From: Convolutriloba macropyga
Taxonomy: Eukaryota
Length of the DNA: 64,000 bases
Direction: 5' to 3'
Assembly: GCF_964194025.1 (NCBI RefSeq)
Contig: NC_134479.1
Coordinates: 1,736,001-1,800,000 of the forward strand
Shown: positions 1 to 13,759 of the stretch, in pieces
Layout of the letters: each line of letters starts with the position of its first letter
How positions within the stretch are numbered: the first letter of the stretch is position 1
Notes under the pieces: model-generated
What the model saw: the letters and a program-made list of their open reading frames with translations, nothing else
What the model was told of the DNA's origin: nothing
Databases searched by the model: none
Program-made: the position numbers and the translations under genes

Positions 1-494
1 ATCTTGTATTTTGGTGTTTTATTTGAACGCCTCAGTGAAAAAATGCTGAAGCGTCATCCATTTTCCCACTGTTAAATTTCAATTGAAAGCCTTTGATTTC
101 ATCACGCTGACAAAACTGTTGACAATTACAAAACTGTTATTTTTTGTTTGATTGTACCCCAATGCTTAATTGGCCTTCTGGCCAGGCCCATGGGTAATCA
201 ATTTTTTATACTTCCCCGAACAAAAAATTGACTGAGTATCAAAACAGCGCGGTAAGTCTTGAAATACAATCTAAGGAACTGAACGAAAAAGCAATTACAC
301 AGACCTGACCAGAAGGCCAATTGAACAATAGGGTTCAAACAAGAAATAAATAATGAAAAAGTATTACAATTATCGATACTTTTGGGATCAGCGTAATGAA
401 AAGCAAAACTGCTAAGTAAAATTCAAGAGTAAAAAACGGCATCAGTGAAAAATTGCTCGACATAAGAGGCCAAAAAAATAAGCTAAAATAAGAT
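1..494. repeat. Degenerate long inverted repeat (foldback/MITE-like), probably extending left of the window
   Basis: AATTGGCCTTCTGGCCAGG (168-186) is the inverse of CCTGACCAGAAGGCCAATT (304-322); TTTCATCACGCTGA (~97) is the inverse of TCAGCGTAATGAAA (~388). Confidence 0.65.
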
Positions 495-3400
495 TTGCAA
501 AAGAACAGAAATTAACAAAAATAAATCTACTTCAAAAACCATATTAAATTGTTCACATTTACAGATAGGTGCCGCGGCCAGCTCAGAAAATTATTTCTTA
601 CGAATTCAACTCAGGTTAAAGAAAGACACAAGGACATTCGGAACATAACCGACTAACGTCGGGTGAATTCCAACAACCGGGGACTACTAGACGGTGTCAG
701 AGGAGTAAGGGTGGTGCGAGCGGGATTGCCTGAGGGGTGCTTGCAGATCTGGGGCGAGTGGCCGGCACAGAACCGTGTTTGTCTCACGTGGTGGACTGAG
801 CGAGCAGAGTTGGATGGAGTTTTTCGAGTTCATTGAGGGTTTCACATTTCGCATGCTGTTAGTTCAAATCACGAATATCTTTGCCAAACGGCAAAATCCT
901 CCTTCAAGACAAAATTTCTTGGATCGGGAAGCAAGCGCTTACATTGTGTCACTGCTTCTATGTTTTGTTTGCATGTTCGTAGCAGCTTCGTACCACAGAG
1001 CAAAAACTAAACACTTCTGTTGCTGCTTATGCTTTTTCTACCTCTTTTGGCAGCACGAAAAATACACTTCATTACACAAAACATCTTCCAGTAAACATTC
1101 AGGATTTGAGATGCAGTCTCCAAAGGTGGAAACATTTGGTATTTATGTCGTTTTTCAAGTGCTTATGTTTTACTTCGTTGCCCACCCATGATTTTTGTTG
1201 TCTTTTTTTTTCAGGAGCTAATTTCTCTACACAATTGTGAAGCAAGAGCTGAAAATTTTTAATTGCTGCCTCAAAATTGGGTTGCTCGAGGTTGCAGCAA
1301 ACTTGTGTATCTCATGTTGCAAGTAAAAATCTAACTTTGCTATTTAATAAGCATCATTGAGTTTCGACCAGACATTCAAATCCCCTCATTTCACTGCTTT
1401 TCTATCGAAAACTAGTCCCCTTGTAGTCAGAAACCTCAAAGAGCAGTGAGTAGTGATCTGTCAAAGCTGCATGTAACACCCTCATATCCATTTTGACATT
1501 CGAATAAATTGCGTCAAGGCAAGTTTTCATTCTCCAAATATTTCAGACCAAAAATCATCAAAACATTTCGCAAATGTTTTTCTTTAGGTATGTTTTAGAT
1601 GGTTTATGTTGAACTCACCGCAGACGACCGATAAGCAACCTTTCTCAAAAACCAGCATGTCCTATTGAATCTAAATACTTTTTAATTTTTCTTCTGATAT
1701 GTTTGGTCTCAAGTAAATTCAACTTAGGACATCTTTCAACTTATGAAAATGTCTTTTTATTGATAAAAAATGACAGTCATGACTAACATACGTCACAGTT
1801 GTTTAAAATCTGATATTTTATTTTGACAAGAATATCAACACGTCCTCCTCTTGTTCCCTCTCTATTAACCGTGACAATTTGTTGATAGTCATCTAGTTGC
1901 AAAAGCTCTTTGTTTATTTCTTGTTTTGCCAAGTTTCTGTTAGGCAGATTGCCAATGGTAAAAACTCTAAACTAATTACTAAAACTGGTAGATTTTTTGT
2001 TAAGGATCTAATATTTTGCAATAGAAATTTTCCATTTTCTCTTTAAATAGGTCTAAGCTGAAATGGGATGACCATTTTCTACTAACATTAAATGGCATAT
2101 GTTTTTTTAGCGGTTTAGGATTGAGAAGTTAATAACGATATTTCAAAGAGTAGGAAAATATTTCGAAAAACGTGTGGTTATAAAATTTTATTATTGCGTT
2201 GTACCTCCCCAAGGCTAAAAGCCTGAGCTCATTTGATGAGAAAAACAGTGACGCGTAATTGCACTCACCAGTTTTTTTTATGTATTTATGAAAATGTCTC
2301 TTTTATTTCATTAATTGGGACGCTTAACTGCAGTCTTAGTTTTTGTTTGTTTTCAAGAAAAGATATTTTTGTATTTTCTTATGATTCAGACGAAACTTAA
2401 AGAAAAAGGAAAAAAATCCGTAAAAATCTACTTTTTAATGTTAAATATTTCAGAGGGATAACCTAAAGGACTACTGCTTTGCAAATTTAAACTCAAATTA
2501 GAGACTGTCGTCACATCACACGTAAATACACGTCACAAAACTCAAATACCTCTTTAAAAGGTTTTATTAAGTTGATCAGTTTTTTTAAAGTTTAGCACTT
2601 GAAAAGTCTCGTGAGGTCGGGAGATGTCACTTTTTCACCCTGTTTCTTGGCTTCCGCTCAAAGCTCGGCTTCAAATTTTGTTCAGCGTTCGTTTAGGAAA
2701 ATTGACTGAATGTTCAGAGTACTTTAGTTTGTTTGCGTCCAGCACCAAAAACTCTTCGTCAAAAGAGACAAACTTACAAACGACTGAGTCAAATTGCTTA
2801 TCAGTAGCTGTTCCTGGTAATTTCTGAGAAGCTTTAATCCGATCTTCCCTAAGACTTATCTTAAGATTTTAATCACTGCAGATAGTCATTAAAAACCAAT
2901 GTTTTTAGAACGTATTTCCTTTCCGTTAGGTCGAAAAACGGGTTGCATATGATCAAACGATCATTACCCGTTATACTTTTCGTGGGCTCTAAGTCGCTCG
3001 TTTATATCGAATTGCTTTTTCTAGTTTTTGAATTTTACCTTGTTGCTCCTGATTTTTTGCAATTAAACCGGATACCGAGCATTGCAACTGTTCCACTTGT
3101 TTCTTGAGCTGACTAGCATCATCTTCCATATCTAATTTCCACTGTATTTGAATTGTTCACAAGTAAGTTAAGATGATATAAATAAACCAACAAAAAATAA
3201 ACAAACCAAAAGTGGCAAAAAATTAATATTCCGCAACAAATAAATTTTTGCAAAATGACAATGGCCTTTCCCTGTATCAATTTAGGGACTGGAAAGCATC
3301 TGCTGAACTGTTCCTTTGCTAGTAATGATATAAGATTTCACAAAGTTCTTTAAAGCCCAGATACAAGCCCTCTTGAGTTGATTCCAAACATTCAAATTGA

Positions 3401-3999
3401 AACGCAAAAAGGTGCAATTAAACTAACTTGAAAGAAAGAAAGAGCAACTGCCCTGAGTACATAACTATTATCAAAACCCGATTCAACAAGTGACTGAAAT
3501 TAGAGAGGCACATAATAATCAAGATACTGAATGTCACAAGCGCCAGAAGTGAAGTGGTCGCAATGAATTTGACAAGGACCAGTTAGACAAAACCATGGCA
3601 AGATTCACAATAACCTTGGCTATAAGTAATATAAAAACACACCGATACTTCCAATCTTTCCAGAACATTGGCACCCTTTGGTGCCTGTTAAAAAACCACC
3701 AACCATTGTCATCTAAATTAAATGTAAATGTATTCAGATAATTCGTCACTTCACAGCCCTGAGTAATATGGAGCCATTGAGCCCAAGAGCGTCTATCACT
3801 AAATTCTTCTTTTTGTCTTCATAATTCATCTCAGTTTGTATAGGTTACGTGACTTCACCTACGCGCGCGCTTCGCAAGATATGTACAAATGTCCATAGGA
3901 GTTTTGGGCCGGCAATGTATTTGGGGAACTGTGGCACTGTACACCTTTAAGCATTTTAAACCTAGCACCTGTTTGCTTCAAATAGCTCTAGGTACTAAC

Positions 4000-4232
4000 T
4001 GCGAAGACAGAAGATGTTTTGCGTGTTGGTGCCATTAGGGAGAGCCTGCCCCCTCCCCCTTGACCAGATCCTGGTGCAGTTCCGCCTGGGGGTGGAATAG
4101 ACGACAGGGATGAGGAGTGGTGGTAGTTGGGATGGTGGGGGTGACTGTAGTGGGAATTGTTGGAGGCGTTGGAATAGAGGAGGGAAGCGTGATTCTGCAG
4201 ATTCTTCAGGAATACTGCACCTCCTCCACTGC
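4000..4232 (-). CDS. Receptor guanylyl cyclase exon: Ser/His/Gly-rich linker before the kinase-homology domain
   Basis: GC-rich island. Acceptor TTTGTTTACAG|GC (phase 1, A+GC=Ser, compatible with the previous exon). Donor GCA|GTTAGT, phase 0. Ends GGRLSLMAPTRKTSSVFA, reminiscent of NPR-A GSRLTLS...QVFA. Confidence 0.8.
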
Positions 4233-4870
4233 CTGTAAACAAACACAAAGAAAGATTACATTAGCGATTATTGTGATTCTCTTTGAGCAGTAGGACAGCC
4301 AACTGACTAGTATAGCAATTCCTTTAGATGTGAAGCAATGTCTGAACCTGTGCTGCATCTGAGCTCATGCGTCTCTTTTAAACAAAACAAATTCAATTCT
4401 TGCGGTTAAAAATTGCTCATATACGGAAAAGATGCCATGATTCGTCTTTTGTAAATATGCCCAGTCTAACATCTTAACCACTTAGCTACAATAGGTTTGA
4501 CTTCCGTTCGCTCACAATTACTTTTATGAGCGAACTTAATTTCAGAACGGGAGCAACTAGGATCAGTCAAAAAAAGAAGAACTGAAGTGCGAAAAAGTCA
4601 CTCAAGAAGTCAAAGAATATTCTAGAGCCAAAACGCAAAAGCGTCAAAAATATTTTAGAACTAAAACTCAAAAGCGTCAAGCGCAAAATTTGGAAAAAAA
4701 GACACACACTTTTGCAATAATTGCTTCAAACTTAATTCGCGAGCAACACAACGGAAAAATAGCCGCCAAAAAACTTAAAACCAAAAATTACTAAAATTTA
4801 GCATATTTTTCTCTGCTAAACTAAAACAAACTTAAATTGATATCAACGAAATCAAAAGGCCACAAAAATT

Positions 4871-5362
4871 AACATAGCTGGCAGATTGCCGGAAAATAGC
4901 CACCGTTGACGCCTATCGGGATTGAAACAGAAAGAAACAAGAAGAGATAGAAATTGACAGAATTTTTTCCTTTCCTAAGTTTTCAAAAATGTTCTATTTC
5001 GGTGTGCAGTTTCAGTTAGACTTTTAAACTATACATACTTCAGCTTCTATACCGAAAGCTATTAAGCTTAATACTAATGTCAGTTAGCAATCGCTCTAAT
5101 TAACTTTGATAACCTAATGCACTATGACTTAATGACTGGCTTTCACTTTCTAATTTTGCTCTTTTGACATTGACCGTATTTACTACTCAATGCGTGAAAG
5201 ATTTTAAATTGCATTCCGTTGAAAGAGTGATTGAGTTAAATCACGAGTTAAACGGGAAAATCTTGGCTCATGTAAAACGCAAAACGTGATCAAAAGGTAA
5301 AGCAAATTTAAAAAGGAGAGCGCCTAAATAAAAGCCGCTGAGAGGCTTACGGCGGCTATTAA
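4871..5362 (-). mobile_element. Non-autonomous Helentron/Helitron2-like element, family F1 (body B)
   Basis: Minus strand: 5' TTAATAGCCGCC with internal IR; 3' subTIR GTGGCTATTTT, then hairpin CCGGCA-ATC-TGCCAG and CTATGTT. No TSD; T-rich flanks. Confidence 0.75.
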
Positions 5363-8035
5363 ACATAACTAAATCCAACCCAAAAATGTACGTCTCACAC
5401 ACAAAAAACAAGAAAAGTACCAAAACTGCAGAAAAAGCGTCGAAATGTGAAAGCACAAAAATAGCTAAAGATTCTAATTAAAATTTAATAGATGATTGAG
5501 ATGATCAAAAATGATCCAAAACGTACAATAACTTGTTAATAAGGTTAGCAAAAAGCAACTTACGGGAAAAAGTAAGAGAAAAAACAATGAATTAGAAAAC
5601 GAGGAAAACAATAGCAAAAAGCCTAAAATCAGAAGATACAGTGAATGCAAATGAGGCCGAAATTCGACTAAAACTATTCTATTTTTTGAAAAACAACTCA
5701 TAAAAACCAATCAAATTGAAAGAACATCAAAGCCACGAAACCAACCAAGTTCAACTAGAAAACGCCCAAACTGTTATAAAAATTATTAAAATGGCAAAAA
5801 ATTTTTAAAAACGTCAACAAGACAAAATGAAAAAAGCTCAAATTTCAAAGCAACTAAAAGTATAATAGATAAGAAGTATACTCAATAAAAATTAAGACGA
5901 AAATTATTTGAAATATACTATCACTAGATCAGATAAGTTGGCTGTGAACATTTGAATGAGAGTACAAAAACTGCAGAAAAGCACCTCCAATTGCGAAAAA
6001 GACAATAATAGATTTAAATTGCGCCGTTGATTCCCATAACCATGATTGGAATTGAAAGAACAGAAAATAATGACAAAGAATTTTGTAGGAAAACAAATTT
6101 AAAGTACAAATTATTTTGATGTCACTTTGTCGTTGAACATACTCCCGTGACCAAGACTATAAGAACAAAGTTCGAGTAACGGGCATCTAAAACTGGGCTT
6201 TATGGGTTTATACCGTTTCTATTTCTGATTTCGTTTTCTGATACTGCCTCTGTTCATTTTGAATGACTTTGCTGCGCAACTGCTATTTAAAAGCACTTTG
6301 AGTAGAATGAGCAAATAGTAAAACTAACCAAGAAATTTCATTAACAAAGAAATTTCATTGACTAAAAAATTAGACCTAGAACGGACTATAAGTGAATTGG
6401 GAAAACCATTTCTAAAAAATCAGCTTAAAAATAAAACCAGAAAATCATTGTAAAACTACCGCATGAGAACAAAAAACCATTAGTAAGATATGGAAATTTG
6501 ATTCAAAGAAAAAACTAGGTCTACAATGAACAATGAATGGATTGGAAAAACCAATTAGAAAAAAAATCCGATCCAAAAAATCAAAAAAGCAGTAAAAAAT
6601 CAAAGTGAAATTGCCGCATGTGAACAAAAAACCACTACCGAGAAAGCAAACTTTTTTCAAACACCGTTTTCTCACTCTACTTTAAAATTAGAGCTAAAAA
6701 ATTTCAAGCCGCAAAACCACTCACTTTTTCGCTCCACTTCCTGTTTTGGCGTGACCAGAATCACTACTCCTACTTGACTTCAAAAATCATGAAAATGTGT
6801 GAACAGAATTTAAACAAAAGACAGCGCCCAAATTCATCAAATTCTTTGAATTGTAAAAAGGAGAGAGCCTAAATAATAACCGTTTGAGAGGCCGATGGCG
6901 GCTATTAATAACTAATACTACTCCTCGTGAAACTATTTGGATTGAAAACTATTAGTACCCTCATACTATAGTGAAAAGATGAGATGTGACAGAATCTGTT
7001 AACATAACCAATCTCAAACGACCGGCGAGCGGTTCGACCTTTGAGAACCTCCCTTCACACCATAAGTATGAGTCTTCAAACAGTTTCTGTGAACCGCATA
7101 CTTGAAGACTAATGAGCTGAACGGCTCTAAGAGAATTTAATGCCCGCTGCGCGCTACCTGTTTATCCCGTTTTTGAGGACGAAAAGTCAAACACGTCAGA
7201 CGAAAAATTGGTCAAGCAAAAAAACGCATTTAAAAAGGACAGACAGGACTAATATAATTGCTACAAATTTCGTTTGAGAGCAATTAAACACAACTTGCGA
7301 AGACAGAAAATGACTCAGGGGACAAAGAGCATTACATAAAACTTCATTTTTATAGCAATCAAGAAGCCATGCCGAGAATTGCCATGACAAAATGGTCGGC
7401 AGGTCAAAAAAATAATTGCTAAAACACAAAACGGATTATCACAAAACCAACAACACAAAAACAAACAAAAAAGCTGCAAAAATATTTGTTTCAAACAAAT
7501 TCGTGAATTGACATCTTTTCAAACTCTGTTTCTGTCTAAAATTGAGCAGTCGCAGCTTATTTGGCATTGCAGCATGTGCGTACTATTCTATCACAGCGCA
7601 GTGCTGCATACTAACATGTTAATTTGCTAGTGGGATGTCATAACATTCAAGTTGAAAGAACTGAAAGATCGGCTGTGAAATGAAACTATTAAATTGACAC
7701 GCACATCTTTTCTCAGGCCTCATAGCAACATGGCTAGGGAAGGGATCCACGTATTCAAGTAACAGAAAATGAGGTTCAGAAAATTGAGCGTTTCTTTCAC
7801 ATAGAAGTAAAATTCCTCAATTTAATTCTCTTTTTGAGAAAGGGATGCTTGAGACAGAGTACATAAAAAGTTCTAGTTTTTGTACTAATTCATTATTTCG
7901 CAGCTGTGGGACAACGAACTGTTGCGACTTGAAACAACGTGAGAGCAAGGCCAACACATCAATTAGCAACAAAATTAGACTGCAGTGGGAGTCAATATTT
8001 TGCAACTACAGCCAATTAGCAATGCAAAGTAGTCA

Positions 8036-8478
8036 AACATAACCGACTAACGTCAGGCGAATTGTTCTCAAACGACCGGCGAGCGGTTGGCTTCGTCAGT
8101 AGCTAGCCACGGTTTAGTGAGGCCTAGCTTTAGCTTAATTGAAGGGGCGTAAGTCAGGCAGCGGAGGGGGGGGGGTGAATCAGGGGCTGATGGGGTGGTA
8201 ACAGTGGGGGGGGGGGGGGGGGTAATCTCTAAGAACCGCCCTTCGCACCATAAGTATAAGTCTCCAAAACAGATTCTGTGAATCCCATGCTTGAGGAATA
8301 GTTAGCTGAAAGGCTCTAAGAGCACTTAATGCCCGCTGGGCGCTACCTGTTTATTCCGTTTTTAAGGACGAAAAGTCAAATGCGTCAGAAGAAAAATTGG
8401 TCAAGCAAAAAATCGCATAAAAAAGACAGACCGACAGGACCAATATAATTGCTACAACCTTCGTTTGAGAGCAATTAA
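8036..8478 (-). mobile_element. Helentron-like family F2 element
   Basis: Hairpin CCGAC-TAAC-GTC(A/G)G next to AACATAA; subTIR AATTG(C/T)TCTCAAACG / CGTTTGAGAGCAATT. Relatives at 642 (partial), 7001-7287, 17800-18219, 20925-21309. Contains long G runs (8166-8222). Confidence 0.72.
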
Positions 8479-8724
8479 TAATATGTTTAAGGAAACAGGC
8501 AAAAGTAACAACTTCGCAAAATGATTGAACGAACCGTCCAGTCCAATAGCAGTGTTAAAGACACTTGACTAGAACAGATTGTATTGCCATAACATCATAC
8601 GAAACTTTCAAATAATACGACCATTGTATTTTGTGAAAACATAGGAAAAATGAATCAGGTATCAAAAACAAACATCCGCTATTGACCCTTGACTTCTATG
8701 GAAATTGAAACAACAACATTTATC

Positions 8725-8885
8725 GAATCTTTTCCGTTTGTGCCCCCCAGCTTAGTGGCCGCATATTATTTGCACCCCCCCCCAGACGCACATGCCATAT
8801 CTTAACATAATGATTTACTATCTAATGGCACGTGCTTTGTAACTGGGGGCACATAACGTTCTGGGGGCACAAACGGAAAAGATCC
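8725..8885. mobile_element. MITE with ~25 bp TIRs and probable 8 bp TSD (Merlin-like termini)
   Basis: GAATCTTTTCCGTTTGTGCCCCCCAG ... CTGGGGGCACAAACGGAAAAGATCC; flanks CATTTATC / AATTTATC (7/8 match); internal subterminal copies of the TIR core. Confidence 0.75.
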
Positions 8886-9020
8886 AATTTATCTCACCAT
8901 AAAAATTATGAGTGGTCTAATTAGTACATGGAAGCCAGCTTAGCTGACTTCAGCTGAAGGTTATAAAAGCTAACACCAATTAGAACTCTTTTTAAAAAAC
9001 TATAAGTAAATTCAAATTTT

Positions 9021-9541
9021 AACATAGCCGGCAGATTGCCGGAAAATAGCCGCCGTTGACACGCTTGACGCTTATCGGGATTGAAACAGAGAAAGGAAAA
9101 AAGATTTAAATTGACCAAATTTTTTCAGTGTCAAAAAGTTCTAATTCGACGTGCAGTTTCGGTTGGATTCTAAAACTATACTTATTTCAGCATCTAAACT
9201 GAAAGTTAAAATGCTGAATACCAATGTCAGCTAGCAAACACTGTAATGAACTTTGATAACCTAATTCTCAATGACAATCACCGGGCTTTATCGGTTTATC
9301 CCGTCTCTTTTGATTTAGCTCTTTTGACCTTGACTGTATTCACTTGACTGTATCTTGCGCAATTCATCGAGTGAATGGATTTAAAAACCAATCAGTTGAA
9401 ACAATGAGTGAGGTCAGTCAAAAGCCAAACGTGAAAGTCGTGATTAATGAAAAAAGAAGAACGTAATCAAAAGGTAAAGCTAATTTAAAAAAGGAGCGCG
9501 CCAAAATAATAACCGTTTGAGAGGCTGATGGCAGCTATTAA
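9021..9541 (-). mobile_element. Helentron-like F1 element (body B), followed head-to-tail by another copy at 9553
   Basis: Same terminal structure; homologous to 4871-5362 and 12477-12920. Confidence 0.75.
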
Positions 9542-10616
9542 TAACCATATGAAACATATCCGGCAGATTGCCAAAAAAATTGCCGCCGTTGCTTCCCATA
9601 ACCACGACGGGGATTGAAAGAGAAAAGAGTAATGAAAAAAGATTTCTGTACATAAACAGTTTTTAAGTGCGAACTTTTTTGATGTCAATTTGGAGCTGAT
9701 CATACTCCTATTTAGTAAGGAGACAACACCGTGGCTGGTATCAATATCAAAAAGCATTAGAGATGGTAACTAAAAATAAAGTTTAAGTAACGAGCATCGA
9801 AAATTGGGCTTTATGGGGTCTATCCCGTTTCTATTTCTGACTTCGTTTTTTTATTCTCATTGTATTCATTTTGAATTGCTTTGTTGGGCAACTGCTGTTT
9901 GAAAGCACGTTGAGAAGAATGAAAGAAGAATGACACTAGCCTAGAGAAGTCAAAAAGATTTTAAGCAAAATGTCGAAAACGCAGAAGAATGAGGAAGCGA
10001 AACAAAATTTTGTTCGACGAAAAAACGTACCAGGACAAGTCTTGAAACACAAGTCTTCAAAAAATTGAATTAACTATAACCTGACAATTTAATCCCATTA
10101 GAAGGCAAATTAGAACTGCTAGTTTTGGTACTATTGAGACTGAACAACAAGTCCTCAAGAACTACAAAAACAATCAAGAGTCAAAAACTTTGAAACAACA
10201 GGGTAAAAATCGAGCAACCAATTATTTTCCCTTATTTCTCATTAGCAACATGTCAATAAAACCTGTTACTAATGACATTCAATGATCCCAGAACAAAAAA
10301 AAACAAATTTTTGCAAACAAACTAGGTAAAACTTTTTGAAGGCAAATAGTGTAAAAGTAAGAGAAGGCAATGGCTACCACCTGATAGAATTACTTCGAGT
10401 AATTAAGACCGCATTGGTAATCGACGAGAGCAGTCATTAATGAGATTGAGGGATAAGATAGCAATACGAACAACAAATACTCGAACAACAAAAAAATTTA
10501 AAAAAAATCAATAATAGTTTATAAAAAGGGACGGCGCATAATAAGTCAAAGAAAGCAATAGCTACGAGCTGAAAAGATTATTTGCATTAATAAAAGCATT
10601 CTTACAAACCAATAAA

Positions 10617-11170
10617 AACATAGCCGGCAGATTGCCGGAAAACAGCTGCGACAGACGCTGGTGGCCTACCATGAATAGAAACAACTAAAAAAACTAAGAT
10701 TCGACCGATCGACCACCAGCTTTTTAATAGACCGCTAGACTTTTTGGGTTAGATTCGGACTGTCATTTTTATGAGATACATTTGCTCTACATGGAAAAAG
10801 CCCTAATGGAGCTTTTTCAAAATTAATATTCGATTTTAAAACTCAAGACTCTATTACTCAGGATTTAGGGCATACAAGTTTGACACTACTTCGATGCACA
10901 CTATTGACCTTTAAATTGTAAACGTTCATAAAATGTAAAGTTCCATAAGTGAGTTCAGAAGTCATTTTTTTAGTGAGGTGAGTCACGCAATTGACCTAAA
11001 AATGACGTCATGAACACAAATTTCAACTGCAAAGCAGTAGAACTCACTGAAGTCATTGAAAAAGTCAATTCCAAGAAGGCAGGGTAAGACGAAGAAACAA
11101 AAAACTGTTAGACGATAAAAAAATTAGGAGCGCAATAATTGCCGCCCGGAATTGCTGATGCGGCTATTAA
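10617..11170 (-). mobile_element. Helentron-like F1 element (body D)
   Basis: AACATAGCCGGCAGATTGCCGG ... GGAATTGCTGATGCGGCTATTAA; homologous over its length to 34425-34979. Confidence 0.75.
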
Positions 11171-11172
11171 CC

Positions 11173-11305
11173 NNNNNNNNNNNNNNNNNNNNNNNNNNNN
11201 NNNNNNNNNNNNNNNNNNNNNNNNNNNNNNNNNNNNNNNNNNNNNNNNNNNNNNNNNNNNNNNNNNNNNNNNNNNNNNNNNNNNNNNNNNNNNNNNNNNN
11301 NNNNN
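11173..11305. other. Assembly gap (133 N)
   Basis: Run of N immediately after a Helentron-like element end. Confidence 1.
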
Positions 11306-11925
11306 TCCAACAATTTTGAAAGACTCTTTTTAGGATACTTGACAGCTTTCTTGATAGTGCTAAATTAAATCAAAGACTTCAAAATGAACATTTTCGTCAA
11401 GAAAAGTTCAGAACTAAAATTCATCTTTTAATAGAAGATCACTTGCGATATCAAATTGTTTAAGGTGGCTAAGCATACTGAACTAACAGCAATAGCAATT
11501 TTTTACAACATTTTGCTTAGCTCCCCATCAAATGTCAATTTATTATTGTCAATCCTTAAGCACAGAAAACGACAAAATAATTATAACATCATAATTATAA
11601 CATTAAAGAAAAAAACTGTTGATATTTGTTTGAAGGTCTTGATCCTATTTGGAGTGGGGTAAAATAAATGAGTCATCTATGAATTTATAAACTTCATTGG
11701 TTCTCATCTTTTCCTAGAAATCGTTATTATACATTACAAAAATTAGGGACCCAAGAGGATTGTTCCATGAGAAACTGCACGATTAATAATCACCCAATGT
11801 GAATAAATGATTTCGTTTTACACGCATTGCTTTCCATTAGAAAGAAAGGATTCTAGCATAGTTTTGGATAACAAACCAAATTTATACTCTGTAATTTTGC
11901 CTTTAAGACTTTTGCTCGATAAAAA

Positions 11926-12457
11926 AACATACCCGGCAGATTGCCGGAAAATAGCCGCCGTTGATTCCAATAAGCATGATTGGGATCGAAAGAATAGAAG
12001 ATATTGAAAAAAAAATTTTTTGTTCAAAAACATTTTTTTAAGTCCGATTTATTTAGATGGCATTTCATCGTAGTTAAACATACTTCTGTTTCTTAGAGAG
12101 AGGCTACAGGGGCTACTATCAATACCAATGAGCATAAGAGATGGTAACTAAGACTTATAGGAACGACGTTCAAATAGCGGGCATCTAAAATTGGACTTTA
12201 TGGGTTTATCCCGTTTCTATTTCTGACTTCATTTTTTATACTGACTCTGCTCATTTTGAATTGCTTTGCTGAGCAACTGATGTTCAAATTCACTTTAGCA
12301 GAACGAGAGAAGAGAGAAACTAGCCCAGAGAAGTCAAAAAGATTTCACGCAAAATGTCGAAAAAGCGGCAAAATGGTAAAGCGAAAAAAAGTTTGACGAA
12401 GTAAAAAAAAATAGGAGCGCTATAATAGCCGGCTGAGAAGATGAGGGCGGCTATTAA
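11926..12457 (-). mobile_element. Helentron-like F1 element (body A, 5' cap b)
   Basis: Hairpin and subTIR AAAATAGCCGCC at one end, GAGGGCGGCTATTAA at the other; homologous to 24084-24599 and 47584-48060. Confidence 0.78.
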
Positions 12458-12476
12458 CAAAAAATAAAACACTAAT

Positions 12477-13497
12477 AACATAGCCGGCAGATGGCCGGAA
12501 AATATCCGCCGTTGACGTGCTAGACGCACATCAGGATTGAAACAGAAAAAGAGATTAAAATTGGCAGCATTTTTCGTAAGTTTCAAAAATAGTTAAATCA
12601 GTGTGCAGTTTCAGTTAGATACTAAACCTCTACTTACTTCAGCGTCTAAACTTAAGGGAATCAAGCTTAATGATAATAGCTAACAATCGCTCTAATGAAC
12701 TTCGATAACCTAACGCACTATGACTTAATGACCGGGCTTTATCAGTTTATCACGTTTCATTTGATTTTGTTCTTTTGACATTGACCGTATTCACTACATT
12801 GCGTAATTCAATACGTGAAAGACATTAAAAAGACATTCAGACGAAACAGTGAGGTAAGTCAGAAGCCAAACGTGAAAATCGTGACTGATGTAGACGAAAA
12901 ACATTATCAAAAGGTAATGCGAAAACATAGCAGGACAAGTCCTGACGTACATTCAAAGAATTGTCACTGACTAAACAAACAACTAGACCTAGATTGGACT
13001 GAGTGAATTGGGAAAACAATTTCTAACAAAAATCAGATCGAAAAAATAAAAAAAACATAAAATCATGTCAAAATGACACAAGTGAACAAAAAACCACTCG
13101 CGAGAAACGAAATAAGGTTCACACAAAAAAACTAGGCCTAGTATGAACTATGAATGGACTGGAAAAATCATTTAGAAAAAAATCCGATCCAAAAATCGAA
13201 AAAACAGTAAAAATCAAACAAAAAATCACTAGCCAGAAAGCTATTTTTTGTACGAACAACGTTTTCTCTCTACTTCAAAATTAGAGCGAAAAATTTGCAC
13301 AAGCAAAACCACTCACTTTTTTGCTCCACTTCCATTTTCGGCGTGACCAAAAAATAACTACTCCAATTTGACTTTAAAAATCATGAAAAAGTGAACAGAT
13401 CTTTAAAAAAAAGACCCAATACAACTCAAATTCTTTGAATTGTAAAACGGAGAGCGCCTAAATATTAGCCTGTTGAGAGGCTGGCAGGGACTATTAA
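12477..13497 (-). mobile_element. Helentron-like F1 element (body B) with nested F3 element (12924-13445)
   Basis: The outer ends match 9021-9541. The inner element has hairpin CAGGAC-AA-GTCCTG and subTIR TACA(A)TTCAAAGAA / TTCTTTGAATTGTA. Confidence 0.75.
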
Positions 13498-13759
13498 ACA
13501 GTTAAATTTTCTTCTAGCAGTTTGTTTATTGAGTCTGTAAATGAAATAAGTGTTAGTCAACGATTTATTTTCTGAAATCAGAATTGATTGTAGTTGATTA
13601 TCTTATGCTTTTCTACATACTCAAACATGTGTGATATGGAACCCTGTCAATTATTTCAGCCAGAGTTATTGTCAGTGAAAATGGTCACTAGTTGTCTGAC
13701 TTAAGCGCATCTTTTATTCAAATTGAGTTACTAATGCTTTTTATGAACACTGTCACAGA

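Noticed and set aside
775-1191. 138 aa ORF
   Set aside because: GTG start, T-rich low-information translation, no recognisable motif, adjacent to an F2 element end.
1617-1672. Possible next cyclase exon (minus-strand TTTAG...CG|GTGAGT)
   Set aside because: The required phase-0 reading gives ATT CAA TAG (stop) and there is no kinase-homology motif.
3995-4246. Alternative-frame ORF overlapping the linker exon
   Set aside because: Not phase-compatible with the upstream exon; a by-product of GC-rich low-complexity sequence.
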